A stretch of 64,000 bases of DNA from a virus. Positions 11,203 to 21,598 of the stretch are shown here, piece by piece (the stretch's first letter is position 1; each line of letters opens with the position of its first letter). Position numbers and translations under genes: made by a program. The stretch lies in IMG/VR virus record IMGVR_UViG_3300042691_032784, positions 17,153-81,152 of that record; one strand, written 5' to 3'. The notes beneath the pieces were generated by a model. The model was not told the origin of the DNA, ran no database searches, and saw only the letters and a program-made list of their open reading frames with translations.

Positions 11203-12227
11203 TATAATTTTAATAATTGATTAAATACATCTTGTCTAATAGTAGCATCTCCACTATTAAATGTATTTTTAAATTTAGCATCATTAGTACGATATTCTTT
11301 AACATTTTGAAAATAGCCAGTAATACCATTATACACTCCCCAAGCTGTACCTACTATATTTTCTTGTCCTATACCTTCATGGTAATAAGTAAGTGCTTTA
11401 TTTAATAGATTTTCCCCCTTAGAAGATAGTGTTTGTTTTGAATCTCTGACTAAACCTAATGCAGTTTCAATAATATCATAAGCAGTATCATCATTAACTT
11501 GCTTTTTACCTAATATACCAAAAGCTTCTTGATAAGCTAATGTATTTTGGTCTACAATACCTAGTATTTTTTTACTAAGTTCTAATTTAGTTTTAGCATT
11601 TTTAGTATGCATAATACTAACTTTAGTTTTGTTACCTCTTGTAGCAGCAGTTAATGTATTATTACAAACTACTCTTATTGGAGTAAACATAACTTGAATA
11701 CTACTAGTACCATCATGTGACATAGTTAATAATAAATATTTATCAATTAAATCTTTATTAATTACTAATTCTTCTGTTACTTTAGCAGTAATAAATATAA
11801 TTTCTCCATTACCTAATGCTCCTACTGTTTCATAAGATGCAAATTTACCAATAATACTATCCATAAAATCAAAAGCTTCATAATTTTGAATAATATTATA
11901 TTTTGCTCCTACTATTCCTAAGTACTGATTAGTATCATTTCTAACAGTTATAAATTTATCAGGAACTATAAATTCTTGTTTATAAATATTAGAATCTTTA
12001 AGTTTAACTCTTGAAATAGTATTATACTTTTTAGCATCATCAAAAGAAATATGTTTATTATCATGATAATAAATTTTTCTTTTTTCTACTTCAAAATCTA
12101 ATCCTCCTAATTTAATAGCTTCTTCAGAAGTCATAGCATCTACAACTTTACCTAAGCCATGCCATGGTACTTCTTTTTTACTAGCAAAACTAGCTCTATT
12201 ATTTATAATATTAAGATTGTGTGCCAT
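11202..12227 (-). CDS. DUF932/DUF945-family phage/plasmid-like protein
   Basis: PWHGLG, IIQNYEAFDF, SHDGTSS, TPIRVVCNNTL and GTAWGVYNG motifs. Confidence 0.85.
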   Translation of the reverse strand: MAHNLNIINNRASFASKKEVPWHGLGKVVDAMTSEEAIKLGGLDFEVEKRKIYYHDNKHISFDDAKKYNTISRVKLKDSNIYKQEFIVPDKFITVRNDTNQYLGIVGAKYNIIQNYEAFDFMDSIIGKFASYETVGALGNGEIIFITAKVTEELVINKDLIDKYLLLTMSHDGTSSIQVMFTPIRVVCNNTLTAATRGNKTKVSIMHTKNAKTKLELSKKILGIVDQNTLAYQEAFGILGKKQVNDDTAYDIIETALGLVRDSKQTLSSKGENLLNKALTYYHEGIGQENIVGTAWGVYNGITGYFQNVKEYRTNDAKFKNTFNSGDATIRQDVFNQLLKL

Positions 12228-12720
12228 TTTCTCCTATTTGTTTAATTAAAGTATCTATTTGACTATTAATATTTTCTTTTTTAGATTCTAATATAAGAAG
12301 TTCATCTTTTAATAATTTATTAAGTTCTTGTTTTAAATCATTAAAATCTATAGCAAAATCATAAAATTTATTTATAATAGTATTATTTCTTGAAATATAA
12401 ATAATACAACCATTATATATTATAAAACTATCTGAATCAATATTAATTGAATCAATTTTATTTAAATTAATAATAGTTTTAAATTCTTCAGTATTATAAA
12501 TAAGTTTATTAAAAAAATTAGTATATTTTTCATATACTTTTATATCTATATTGCCTTGATTAATTAAATTAAAACCAAATAAAGTAAATTGTTTATATTT
12601 AAAAATAAAATGACATTCAAATATATTAAATCTAGATTCAATTAATCCATCAATTCTATTATCTCTATTAATTTGATATAATCTAGTACCTATTTTACCT
12701 TCTATATAATTACTTTTCAT
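12211..12720 (-). CDS. Hypothetical protein
   Basis: 169-aa ORF overlapping its neighbours. Confidence 0.65.
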   Translation of the reverse strand: MKSNYIEGKIGTRLYQINRDNRIDGLIESRFNIFECHFIFKYKQFTLFGFNLINQGNIDIKVYEKYTNFFNKLIYNTEEFKTIINLNKIDSINIDSDSFIIYNGCIIYISRNNTIINKFYDFAIDFNDLKQELNKLLKDELLILESKKENINSQIDTLIKQIGENGTQS

Positions 12721-12877
12721 TTTCTTTAATTTGTTTTAAAATAACTTTCCATCTAGTAATACAACTTTGAACATTATCACAATATTCTTCAAATTCTTCT
12801 TTACTAGTATAAGGTTCTGCTTTATCAATTGATGCTTCTAATTGACCAATAACTTGTTTAACTTGTGTTTCTGTCAT
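12710..12877 (-). CDS. Small hypothetical protein (55 aa, MTETQVKQVIGQLEAS...), absent from ORF track
   Basis: Manual translation; fills the gap and overlaps the next start codon. Confidence 0.65.
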   Translation of the reverse strand: MTETQVKQVIGQLEASIDKAEPYTSKEEFEEYCDNVQSCITRWKVILKQIKENEK

Positions 12878-12891
12878 ATTTACTTTATTTT

Positions 12892-13170
12892 TTACGTATC
12901 AATCTTTAACTTAATAACAACAATACTATCAATAATATAATGTCTTAATTTAATCTTAGTACCAAATAAATGATTATACATAAATTCTAGTCTTTTATTA
13001 ATCTTATGAAGTAAATGATGCATACCACTACTAGTATTACTATGGTCTACTACAAGAATTTCATGACTTTGATGTAATAAATCAATAGCAGTATCTACTT
13101 GCCTAGTAGTATTACCTACTACTCTACCTTCTCTAATAAGATGTTTAGTTTCTTCTAATAAATTAAGCAT
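12892..13170 (-). CDS. Hypothetical protein
   Basis: 92-aa ORF in operon. Confidence 0.65.
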   Translation of the reverse strand: MLNLLEETKHLIREGRVVGNTTRQVDTAIDLLHQSHEILVVDHSNTSSGMHHLLHKINKRLEFMYNHLFGTKIKLRHYIIDSIVVIKLKIDT

Positions 13171-14116
13171 TAATAATTTTCTCTTTAATTAATATTTTTT
13201 TTATTTTTTCAATTAAATCTTCAATATTACCATTATTATCAATAGTATAATCAAATTCAGCATTATCTAATGCTGTTTCAGATTCGTGTTCTTTAATTAA
13301 CCAATGTTCATCAGCATAAGTTTTTAAAGGATATTCTCCAGTATCTTTATGTATTTGATGAAATAATTCTTTAAGTGTTAATTTATCTCCTAAATAATCA
13401 TATAAAGGTTCTTTAAATCTATTAACTCTAATATTAATACCTCCTCTACTTTTAACAGCTTCAAGTTCATTAGGAAATCTCATATCTGTAATAATCCAAT
13501 TAGATTCTGATATTTCTGAAATTCTTTTTACAGAATTATTAGACATATTCATTATATCTAAAGCTCTCCAAGTATTATTATATTCACTAAATAAACTATT
13601 AACCCAAATATTAGGATGTATAATATCTCTACCACAATTAGTACCTAATAATTGTAGTAATAATCTAGGAGTTAATACTTTTGAAACAATCTGATAACCA
13701 TTTAATTTAAGATTTTTAAAAAAATCAGAAGATTCATATCCTAATAAAGCTTCTTTTGATGAATATATTTTACCTATTCTACCTTCATTATTATTATTAG
13801 ATAATTTATAATGAATTATATACCATATTCTCCATTGTTCTCCAAGTTCTTTATTCTTAAAATCATGGTCTTCTAATTGTTCTCTAGTACAACTTATAAG
13901 AATACATACCATATCTTTAAGAGTATCAGCAAACTTTTTAATTTCATAATCAGATTCATTTAATATACTAGTTATAGCATTATTATTTTTATCAAAATGA
14001 AATTTCCACATATTACAATGCACTTTATCTGATTTATTAAGAATAGTAAGAAATTGTATAATCTTACCAACAGTATCTTTACCACTTCCTATTTTACCAC
14101 TAATTCCTATTATCAT
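13163..14116 (-). CDS. Deoxynucleoside monophosphate kinase
   Basis: IIGISGKIGSGKDT P-loop, FADTLK, PRLLLQLLGT, ITDMRFPNE, HESETALD. Confidence 0.9.
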   Translation of the reverse strand: MIIGISGKIGSGKDTVGKIIQFLTILNKSDKVHCNMWKFHFDKNNNAITSILNESDYEIKKFADTLKDMVCILISCTREQLEDHDFKNKELGEQWRIWYIIHYKLSNNNNEGRIGKIYSSKEALLGYESSDFFKNLKLNGYQIVSKVLTPRLLLQLLGTNCGRDIIHPNIWVNSLFSEYNNTWRALDIMNMSNNSVKRISEISESNWIITDMRFPNELEAVKSRGGINIRVNRFKEPLYDYLGDKLTLKELFHQIHKDTGEYPLKTYADEHWLIKEHESETALDNAEFDYTIDNNGNIEDLIEKIKKILIKEKIINA

Positions 14117-14283
14117 ACTATTTCAGTTTTAGTTATTTTAAGTTCGTCAATATACATTTTTTCTACTTTAGTTCCTATTTTTTTTGTTATACTTTTTAGT
14201 ATTAAACTATCAGTAACACTAGGTTCTTTATTATCTTCAGATGTAATTACAACTTCTATTTCTAATTCTATTTTTATTTTCAT
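14113..14283 (-). CDS. Small hypothetical protein (56 aa, MKIKIELEIEVVIT...), absent from ORF track
   Basis: Manual translation; ATGA overlap with the kinase start. Confidence 0.6.
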   Translation of the reverse strand: MKIKIELEIEVVITSEDNKEPSVTDSLILKSITKKIGTKVEKMYIDELKITKTEIV

Positions 14284-14288
14284 AATAA

Positions 14289-14633
14289 TTAATATTTTAA
14301 ATTATTATAAATAATATTTCTATTAGTTTGATTATCAATATCAGTATAAGCTTCTTCTCTACTGTAAATATAAGCATATTCTATATTAAATTCTATAATT
14401 TCAATTAAATCTTTAATTTTAATTAGTATTCTATTAATAAATTTAGAATGAGCATATTCTAATAAGAAATATATATTATTTTTATCAGATTCAATATCTA
14501 GTGGTTCAATTTTATATAATTCTTTATGTAGTGGTTCAATTTTATATAATTCTTTATGTAGTTGTTGAGATAATAGTTGAAGTACTAATTCAAATTTATC
14601 CTCATCTTGAACTTGTATTTTAAGTTTTAACAT
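14289..14633 (-). CDS. Hypothetical protein with internal 10-aa duplication
   Basis: LHKELYKIEP twice. Confidence 0.65.
   Translation of the reverse strand: MLKLKIQVQDEDKFELVLQLLSQQLHKELYKIEPLHKELYKIEPLDIESDKNNIYFLLEYAHSKFINRILIKIKDLIEIIEFNIEYAYIYSREEAYTDIDNQTNRNIIYNNLKY
14499..14562. repeat. 30-bp perfect tandem duplication
   Basis: TAGTGGTTCAATTTTATATAATTCTTTATG x2. Confidence 0.9.
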
Positions 14634-14637
14634 TTTT

Positions 14638-14892
14638 TTATTTTTTACTATTATTTAATTTCTTTTTAAAATCTTGAATTATTTTAATTAATTCATCAGA
14701 TGAACAAAATTCTATACTATATCCATCAGTTTCTTTATCTAAATCTTCATCAATAACAGATATTTTAAATGTAGAAGTTTCTGTACTATCTTGTCTTAGT
14801 TCTAATAATCTACCATAAACAGAATAAAGAACAACAAGACCAACAGAATAGATATGTATATTTTCATCTTTTGTATCTTGTTGTATCTTCAT
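14638..14892 (-). CDS. Hypothetical protein
   Basis: 84-aa ORF in operon. Confidence 0.65.
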   Translation of the reverse strand: MKIQQDTKDENIHIYSVGLVVLYSVYGRLLELRQDSTETSTFKISVIDEDLDKETDGYSIEFCSSDELIKIIQDFKKKLNNSKK

Positions 14893-14908
14893 ATTTTTAT
14901 TTAATTAA

Positions 14909-15949
14909 TTAATCAATTAAAGCACGTTGTTGAATAAATCCTTTAAAGTTTCTACACCAACCCCTTTCACTATATATACCTCCATTTAAAGGTCTTCCAT
15001 GTAAATAACTATTATATTCATATTCAGTCATAACTCTAGCAACATGTTCAAAAGGACTCCAATGACCTGATTTACTTAAAACTTCATAAAGTTCTAAATC
15101 TTTTTCATAATTAATTTCAGGATTATCTCCTAATGTTTGATATGAAAGTCTAGCACATCTTGCTACAGAAATTTTACATACTATTTCTGTTATAGATATA
15201 TCTAATTTTGTTGATATACTAGCTATTTTACCCATATCAAAATTATCTCCATAAGGAATATGCCATTCTCCTTCTTTAAGTTTTCTAGGAGTTGATTCTT
15301 GTATAGCATCATAAATTGCTTCTGCTAAAAACATCATATGAATATCAGCTTGTCCTTTATTATGTTTTAATCTAAAAAGAGTATTAGTTTGATTTACTTC
15401 ATAAGCATTTTCTAATAAAGAATCTCGTTTTCTTTTAACTAACATATCTTCTAAACTTTTCCAACTTTTAGTAGTATATGTTTCTCCTTCAGCAATGTAT
15501 TCATATTGAGGACATCTAAGATTAAAAAAGTTTTCCCATTCAGTTCCTGATACAAGTACTTTATGATACATAAAAGGTTCAAGTAATCTATTACATAATT
15601 GTTTAGTTACATTACCAACATGATTCATATTTTCTGCAACTTGTATTGCAATATTTCTAGCTTCTAACCACTGTAATCTATGTTCGGATATTTGTTCTTC
15701 ATCAGTAAAATAATTACTACCTTGCATACCTTTATGATCAATTTGCCAAGCATAAGGAATGAAAGGATTTTCTTGTACATTCTTAACCATTTTATTAAAT
15801 GGTATAGCTCTACTACTTGCACTATTTTTACTCAATATCCTATGAGTATTAAATTCAGCAAGTATATATCTAGGCATTACAACTTCTAAAGTTGTTAATC
15901 TATGACCTTGTGGACTTAATGAATCTGCCACTATTTTTGCTTGTATCAT
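14909..15949 (-). CDS. thyX: FAD-dependent thymidylate synthase
   Basis: EFNTHRILSKNSASSRAIP, TKQLCNRLLEPF, SVARCARLSY, HWSPFEH. Confidence 0.9.
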   Translation of the reverse strand: MIQAKIVADSLSPQGHRLTTLEVVMPRYILAEFNTHRILSKNSASSRAIPFNKMVKNVQENPFIPYAWQIDHKGMQGSNYFTDEEQISEHRLQWLEARNIAIQVAENMNHVGNVTKQLCNRLLEPFMYHKVLVSGTEWENFFNLRCPQYEYIAEGETYTTKSWKSLEDMLVKRKRDSLLENAYEVNQTNTLFRLKHNKGQADIHMMFLAEAIYDAIQESTPRKLKEGEWHIPYGDNFDMGKIASISTKLDISITEIVCKISVARCARLSYQTLGDNPEINYEKDLELYEVLSKSGHWSPFEHVARVMTEYEYNSYLHGRPLNGGIYSERGWCRNFKGFIQQRALID

Positions 15950-15952
15950 TAT

Positions 15953-16624
15953 TTAATTAAAAGTTTTAATTTGTTTAATTTCTTCTGTTATATATTTATT
16001 ATCTATATAACTTAATAATTCTTGTAAATCATTACTATAAAATCCTCCACAAGAATCTATTACTTCTTCTTCAATAAATGTATCTTCAATAAATGTATCT
16101 TTAGATAATTCTTCTTTATTTTTAAATAAATATAATTTTTTATATTTTTTAAAATTAACTAATTCAAATCTATATACATTTCCAGCTAAATAATTATTCC
16201 AATTAGTAATTAAATTATTAGCATAATATTTAGCAATTTCTTCATCTGATAAATCTTTTAATTCATCATTATGTTTTCGTTGTAAATCAAAATCAAAATC
16301 ATTTTTATCAACTAATATAAATCCTGTTGAACTTACATCAAATTTATCACCTTGATGAGATAATGATAATAAAATCCCACTATGTATATAAGCATATACA
16401 GTAAATATATAATAATTATTTAATTTATAATTTTCATAATTATTATATAAATAATTATATATATCAATAGGTTTATAGCCTTCTATTTCTACATAAAAAT
16501 TAGGATGGTCATAAACTAAAAATATATCACTATTTCCCCAATCTCTAGGACTTTCAGAATTATCATCAGTATAAATTCTTAATTCTTTATTAAATTTTAA
16601 AGAATATTTAGCTATTAGATTCAT
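15953..16624 (-). CDS. Conserved hypothetical phage/mobile-element protein
   Basis: ESPRDW, YIHSG, FD-S-GF and DSCGGFY pattern recalled from uncharacterised phage/ICE proteins. Confidence 0.65.
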   Translation of the reverse strand: MNLIAKYSLKFNKELRIYTDDNSESPRDWGNSDIFLVYDHPNFYVEIEGYKPIDIYNYLYNNYENYKLNNYYIFTVYAYIHSGILLSLSHQGDKFDVSSTGFILVDKNDFDFDLQRKHNDELKDLSDEEIAKYYANNLITNWNNYLAGNVYRFELVNFKKYKKLYLFKNKEELSKDTFIEDTFIEEEVIDSCGGFYSNDLQELLSYIDNKYITEEIKQIKTFN

Positions 16625-17144
16625 TAATGAATTGTTTTAAATTAGCCGGAGAATAATTAATTGATTTAAGAACTTTATTATCTTTATCTCTATAAGTAAT
16701 AAATTTACCTTTTATTTCTTTAGCTGTACATTCTATACTTTCTTTTTGGTATTTTACACAAGTATCTAAAGCTTCTTCTTTACTATTAGATACTTTACTC
16801 ATATTACTTCTATGTACTTCTTCAAAAGCATCATCAAAAATATTAGTAAAACCATGTTCAATAATAGCACCTGATAGTACATATTGTAAATCACATAAAG
16901 CATCAAGCTGTTCTACTACATTATATTGATTTTTATCAGGATTATAAGCTTTATGATAATCATAACATAAATCTGCAAAATGATCAGATAATCCACTAGC
17001 TTCAGCATATTCTTTTAATTCTTCAAATATTAATTCAATACGAAGTTTATTTCTATCTTCAGGAATATTAATAATACTTTCATGTACAGGTTGTTCAAAT
17101 AAAGTCATAAATTCTTTAACTTTATTAATATAACTAATAACCAT
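16608..17144 (-). CDS. MazG-like/PRA-PH all-alpha NTP pyrophosphohydrolase (possible dUTPase)
   Basis: LRIELIFEELKE, LDALCDLQYV, EVHRSNMSK, KVLKS. Start moved to the ATG at 17144 to avoid a long overlap. Confidence 0.85.
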   Translation of the reverse strand: MVISYINKVKEFMTLFEQPVHESIINIPEDRNKLRIELIFEELKEYAEASGLSDHFADLCYDYHKAYNPDKNQYNVVEQLDALCDLQYVLSGAIIEHGFTNIFDDAFEEVHRSNMSKVSNSKEEALDTCVKYQKESIECTAKEIKGKFITYRDKDNKVLKSINYSPANLKQFINESNS

Positions 17145-17145
17145 A

Positions 17146-17727
17146 TTATTTATTTTTATCAAATGAAACTTTAACTCCTTCTTTTTGTTTTTTAATAGGA
17201 GCACTAACAACACAATCTTGTCCTAATTCAGTCCATTCTAAACTAGGCATTCTATCAATAACTTTAGTAGCAGTAGGAATTCTTAAATCATTATTATTAG
17301 GAATTAATAATTTTAATTCATCTTCTCTATCTTTAATTAATTGTTTAACTTTTTCTTGTATATCATACAATTCATTAAGATATATATCATTACATTCCCT
17401 AAAATCATAATAAGTATATGTAGCGGCTACAGATAAACTAGCTCCAAACATTTTAACAGTTTTAACATTACCTGAAAGATTTTTTCTAACTTCAGATATT
17501 ATAATATCTTTAGCATCATCATTCTTACTAACAACTTCTACTAATTTTTCCATTCTTTTCATTGCTAAATGAAATTGAATAGGATTTATATAACCTTCTC
17601 TTAATTTATCTACTAATGCATCTGCAACTGCTATATGGTCTGCATTATAAACATTAAGAAATTTAGTAAGTCCTTGACTTACATTATCATCATCGATAAT
17701 TTCTTCATTGTCAATATTTTCTGACAT
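17146..17727 (-). CDS. Hypothetical protein
   Basis: 193-aa ORF. Confidence 0.7.
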   Translation of the reverse strand: MSENIDNEEIIDDDNVSQGLTKFLNVYNADHIAVADALVDKLREGYINPIQFHLAMKRMEKLVEVVSKNDDAKDIIISEVRKNLSGNVKTVKMFGASLSVAATYTYYDFRECNDIYLNELYDIQEKVKQLIKDREDELKLLIPNNNDLRIPTATKVIDRMPSLEWTELGQDCVVSAPIKKQKEGVKVSFDKNK

Positions 17728-17848
17728 AATTTTTGAATTTAAAATTGATTTTAAGCGTGTGTATTAAATCAAAATATAAAAGTAATATATTTGTATTACT
17801 TATGTTAGATAATTAAATCTTAATAAGCTGTATGCGTGTAGTGGCATT

Positions 17849-18709
17849 TTAAAAGATATATCTTATTGTATTCCAAGCAATTAAAGAATTATGAACTTTA
17901 ATAAATTCATTAATAGCATCTCTTTTAATATTAACTTCATATCTTATATTAGTACCACCATATTGTGAAACTTTAGTTTCTTGTAAATTAGGAACCCATA
18001 GCAAGTTTTCCCCTTTAATATTTTTTTCTAAATTATAATAATGTTTAGCTTCATTATGAGTAAGAAATATAACTTCACATTTAACTTTATGTTTATATTC
18101 TTCTTTAACATAAATATCTAATAACATAAATAATTCAGCATAATGTTTTATCCAATTATTAAATAAAATAACAGGACTAAAATTAACATGAACATCATAT
18201 CCTGATTCAATAAAATCATTAATAGCTTTAATTCTATCAAGAATTTTAGCTGATTTAGGTTCAACTATATTAGCAATAAGTTGAGGCATTAAACTAAATC
18301 TAATTCTAATTTTATTATTAGGATTAAAAGTAAGAAGTTTTTTAGGAACTATTTTAGTAGCAAGTGTAGCTTTAGCTCTAGGATGTTGTTTAAAAAAAGT
18401 AAAAATTTTATACCAATCATGATGAGGTAAATGTAATGCAAAATCTTCATTACAACTTATATCATAAGTTATATATTTTTCATCAGTTTGATTAGGTTTA
18501 ATAATTTTAGTTTTTTTAGAATGTTTATCTATTGCTAATAATATATCATTAACATTATTATATAAAGTAACTCCTTTAGGAGTATTACGTTTCATATAAC
18601 AATATGAACATTCTAATAAACAACCAGTGGCAAAAGAAGGACTAATAAAATCACTACTTCTACCACTAGGTTTAATAGTTAATATTTTAAGATTATTATA
18701 AATTATCAT
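17849..18709 (-). CDS. Spore photoproduct lyase-like radical SAM protein
   Basis: GCLLECSYCY (CxxxCxxC), YDISCNEDF, IRIRFSLMP, VHVNFSPV, EVIFLTH. Confidence 0.85.
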   Translation of the reverse strand: MIIYNNLKILTIKPSGRSSDFISPSFATGCLLECSYCYMKRNTPKGVTLYNNVNDILLAIDKHSKKTKIIKPNQTDEKYITYDISCNEDFALHLPHHDWYKIFTFFKQHPRAKATLATKIVPKKLLTFNPNNKIRIRFSLMPQLIANIVEPKSAKILDRIKAINDFIESGYDVHVNFSPVILFNNWIKHYAELFMLLDIYVKEEYKHKVKCEVIFLTHNEAKHYYNLEKNIKGENLLWVPNLQETKVSQYGGTNIRYEVNIKRDAINEFIKVHNSLIAWNTIRYIF

Positions 18710-18905
18710 CTTTTATAATAGGAATATTAAAATCTATTTTAATATCAATACTTAAATTATTATAACTAGGACTTTTAAGTTTATTTAATCCTTCATCAAT
18801 TTTTTGTAATAATAAATTTCTAATAGAATCTAAATTTTCTATTGCTTTTTTTTTATTATTTTTATCAGTTATTATAAATCCTGAATCTAATTTTTGTATA
18901 AACAT
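18696..18905 (-). CDS. Hypothetical protein
   Basis: 69-aa ORF in operon. Confidence 0.6.
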   Translation of the reverse strand: MFIQKLDSGFIITDKNNKKKAIENLDSIRNLLLQKIDEGLNKLKSPSYNNLSIDIKIDFNIPIIKDDNL

Positions 18906-18920
18906 ATTTATTTAATTAAT

Positions 18921-20003
18921 TTAAAAGATTAATTCATCTGAAGTATCATTTAATGTAATACCTAATTTATTTAATATAATATCAAAATCTTTTTTAGCTT
19001 CTTCACTATAACAATGTTTATTTCTAAATTTAATTAGTAATTCTTTAATACCAAATTTAGAAGCTATAAAGTTTTTAATACCATTAATTGCTTTTTGAAA
19101 AAAACTTTGTTGTTTAAAATGTTCTTTCATACTTTGATTAGTAATAAGAACTTCTTTAATTTCATTAGTTTCTTTATCTACTACTTTTGCAATAAACTCT
19201 ATATTTTCTCCTACTGCTCTAGCTTTAATAGAAGGATAATAAGTACTAGGAATATGACTTACGTATCTATAATCATCATAATTTTGGTCTACAAAATTAA
19301 TTTCAGCTTGTGCTTCATTAATTTTAGAACTATGATAACTAACTTCAAAACTTCCAGGTACTTTTCTATCTCTATCTAGTTTAAGTCTAGCAGGTGGAAA
19401 GTTATAAGATTTTTTAATATTTTTAAGATTACATACAAATAATTTACCTGAATAAATATTACCTACTGGTTTATCTACTATATCTCCATGATATTCATTT
19501 GAATATATAATATCTTTCTTTTTAATTAAGTTATTATTAAAATAATCAAAATCAGATTTAGGTATAGTAAAACCAAGATAAAAATTAGTATTTGATTCAA
19601 AAGGTTTAAATTCTAAAGCTAATGTAGTACCTAATATAGCTTGTTCTTGCCAAATAGGTTTTATTATATGATTATTAGCTTTAAGTTCAATAGGATAATT
19701 AAGACGTAAAAATATAAGAAAAGCCATTTTAAGTCCTTCTCCGTGTTGTCCTATTGAATTTTCTTTATCTTCTTTTTGTGATTCTCCTATTTTAAGAAAA
19801 GAAAAATTATCAGGTTTAAAATCATTTTTAAGAGTAATACTAATATATTCAATATTATTGACAATAGCAGAAATACCTATTTGTTGAGTAAAATTACCAT
19901 AATCAATAAAGTTTTGATATATTTCTCTAAGAGCTTCTTGAATACCCCAATCTTTAAGATAATTTTCTCCTATACCATAATTTATAGTAATATTATTATT
20001 CAT
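18921..20003 (-). CDS. GHKL (HATPase_c-like) ATPase domain protein
   Basis: ALREIYQNFID (ExxxN), GESQK, IGQHGEGLKMA glycine lid. Confidence 0.75.
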   Translation of the reverse strand: MNNNITINYGIGENYLKDWGIQEALREIYQNFIDYGNFTQQIGISAIVNNIEYISITLKNDFKPDNFSFLKIGESQKEDKENSIGQHGEGLKMAFLIFLRLNYPIELKANNHIIKPIWQEQAILGTTLALEFKPFESNTNFYLGFTIPKSDFDYFNNNLIKKKDIIYSNEYHGDIVDKPVGNIYSGKLFVCNLKNIKKSYNFPPARLKLDRDRKVPGSFEVSYHSSKINEAQAEINFVDQNYDDYRYVSHIPSTYYPSIKARAVGENIEFIAKVVDKETNEIKEVLITNQSMKEHFKQQSFFQKAINGIKNFIASKFGIKELLIKFRNKHCYSEEAKKDFDIILNKLGITLNDTSDELIF

Positions 20004-21324
20004 AGTCTCTTACAATATTATCAATTACATGAAAAGGTATCATATCTTCAGTATATTCATAAAATGTACAAGTAAGCATTTTATTAATAAATAAATGTTT
20101 TTGAAATAAAACTAAAGATTTAAAATTATTATCTCCTTTAGGATTTACTTGAAATTCTTTACCTTGTTTAGTTCTACAAACAAATAAACCTAAATCAGGA
20201 TTTTTATCTTGAGGAATAATATCAATAATTTTAAATTCTTCATCTATAACTCTTTTAAGTTTTACCATATCCATAGGACGTTTACCAAATTGATAAAATC
20301 CTTCAGGATTTCTTAAAATAGAACCCTCATAACCATCTTTAATATAATTATCAGTAAGTGTTTGAACTGTAGCATCACTTTTAATTTTATAAGTAGTTAC
20401 AACATCTATTGAATTAGTAAAATCTTTTTCTTTAATTTGATTTATAATATCTTTAAGAATTGTAAATCTTGAAATATTATTAAGATTTTTAACACCTAAA
20501 TCAAATGCAATAAATTGAACTCTATTTGTATCTAAATTAGGAGCTTTAACAGCAGAAGATATAGTTTGTAATTTTTCTCCATGAATATATAATTCACCAT
20601 CGAAAAATATATCATCTAATTCAAGTCCATAACCTTTAAGATTTTCATCTATTAAAGTTTTGTTACCAACCAACACAACTTCTAAGTGGGGAAGATTATA
20701 TCTCTTACCTTCTTTACTAAGTATTTGTACTTTATTATTAATAAAACTAATAGTACATCTAACTCCATTAATTTTAGGTTGTATTAAACAAGGAAATTTA
20801 ATAATAATTGCTCCTTTTTCTTTAGGTTCATAAGGATTAAGTAAATAAAAATATTTTCTATCATCCCATAATTTACCATTAGGGTCAATCCAATCTTTTT
20901 TACTACGATAATATTGTTGAGCTTTCATAGGTTTAAGATTACCAAGAGCATCAGTATTATCAATAGGTAAATGTTTTTTTAAATATTCCCCCATAGAAAT
21001 TGTGTTGGTTGTAGAAGATAATCCAAAATCCTCATTTTCTTTAAGATAATTATTATATCCAATATCTTCTAAACTTTTATAACCTAAATCTTTTTTACGT
21101 CTATAAAGACTTTCTACTTCTAAAGTAGCTTGTGTTAAAGGAGATGTTTCATTAGATTTTCCAATGTTTTTTCCTTTAATATTATTTCTAGTAGTTTCTA
21201 CTATTTTTCCTTCTAATTCTCCTGCTTTAAGTATAATTTGTATACCTTGTATATTTTTATTAACTTCTGCTGACCATTGAAGTACTTTACCTTTACTATC
21301 TTTTTTATATAAAATTTCTGTCAT
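19996..21324 (-). CDS. ATP-dependent DNA ligase
   Basis: QPKINGVR (motif I), FDGELY, FIAFD, GYEGSILR, MVKLK. Confidence 0.92.
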   Translation of the reverse strand: MTEILYKKDSKGKVLQWSAEVNKNIQGIQIILKAGELEGKIVETTRNNIKGKNIGKSNETSPLTQATLEVESLYRRKKDLGYKSLEDIGYNNYLKENEDFGLSSTTNTISMGEYLKKHLPIDNTDALGNLKPMKAQQYYRSKKDWIDPNGKLWDDRKYFYLLNPYEPKEKGAIIIKFPCLIQPKINGVRCTISFINNKVQILSKEGKRYNLPHLEVVLVGNKTLIDENLKGYGLELDDIFFDGELYIHGEKLQTISSAVKAPNLDTNRVQFIAFDLGVKNLNNISRFTILKDIINQIKEKDFTNSIDVVTTYKIKSDATVQTLTDNYIKDGYEGSILRNPEGFYQFGKRPMDMVKLKRVIDEEFKIIDIIPQDKNPDLGLFVCRTKQGKEFQVNPKGDNNFKSLVLFQKHLFINKMLTCTFYEYTEDMIPFHVIDNIVRDYE

Positions 21325-21334
21325 AATTAAGCAT

Positions 21335-21357
21335 AAAAAAGGGAGTATAAAACTCCC
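21335..21357 (-). terminator. Intrinsic terminator
   Basis: GGGAGT-N5-ACTCCC stem followed by T6 on the minus strand. Confidence 0.7.
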
Positions 21358-21581
21358 TATATTAATATTTTAAAATGTCTTTTAAACCAACTATTATAAT
21401 TAATAATATTATCTTTAATTAATACTTTACCACTATTAAATAAAATAGTTAAAGTATTATTTAATTCAATTCTATTAATTATATCAACTTCTTCAAATTG
21501 AAAACTAGTATCTTTGTTGGTTCCATTTACATTTTTTCTAAATTGAACTACATTTCCTTCATAAAATACTGTATTTTTCAT
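21357..21581 (-). CDS. Hypothetical protein
   Basis: 74-aa ORF. Confidence 0.6.
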   Translation of the reverse strand: MKNTVFYEGNVVQFRKNVNGTNKDTSFQFEEVDIINRIELNNTLTILFNSGKVLIKDNIINYNSWFKRHFKILI

Positions 21582-21598
21582 AGTATTATAATTTATAT

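Noticed and set aside
17786-17793. TATATTTG as a plus-strand promoter
   Set aside because: Antisense to the operon with no -33 TTTG; better explained as the core of the quasi-palindromic element
18006-18020. Additional motif copy (TTTTCCCCTTTAA)
   Set aside because: Lacks both TCTA and the CAACAC half-site; not counted
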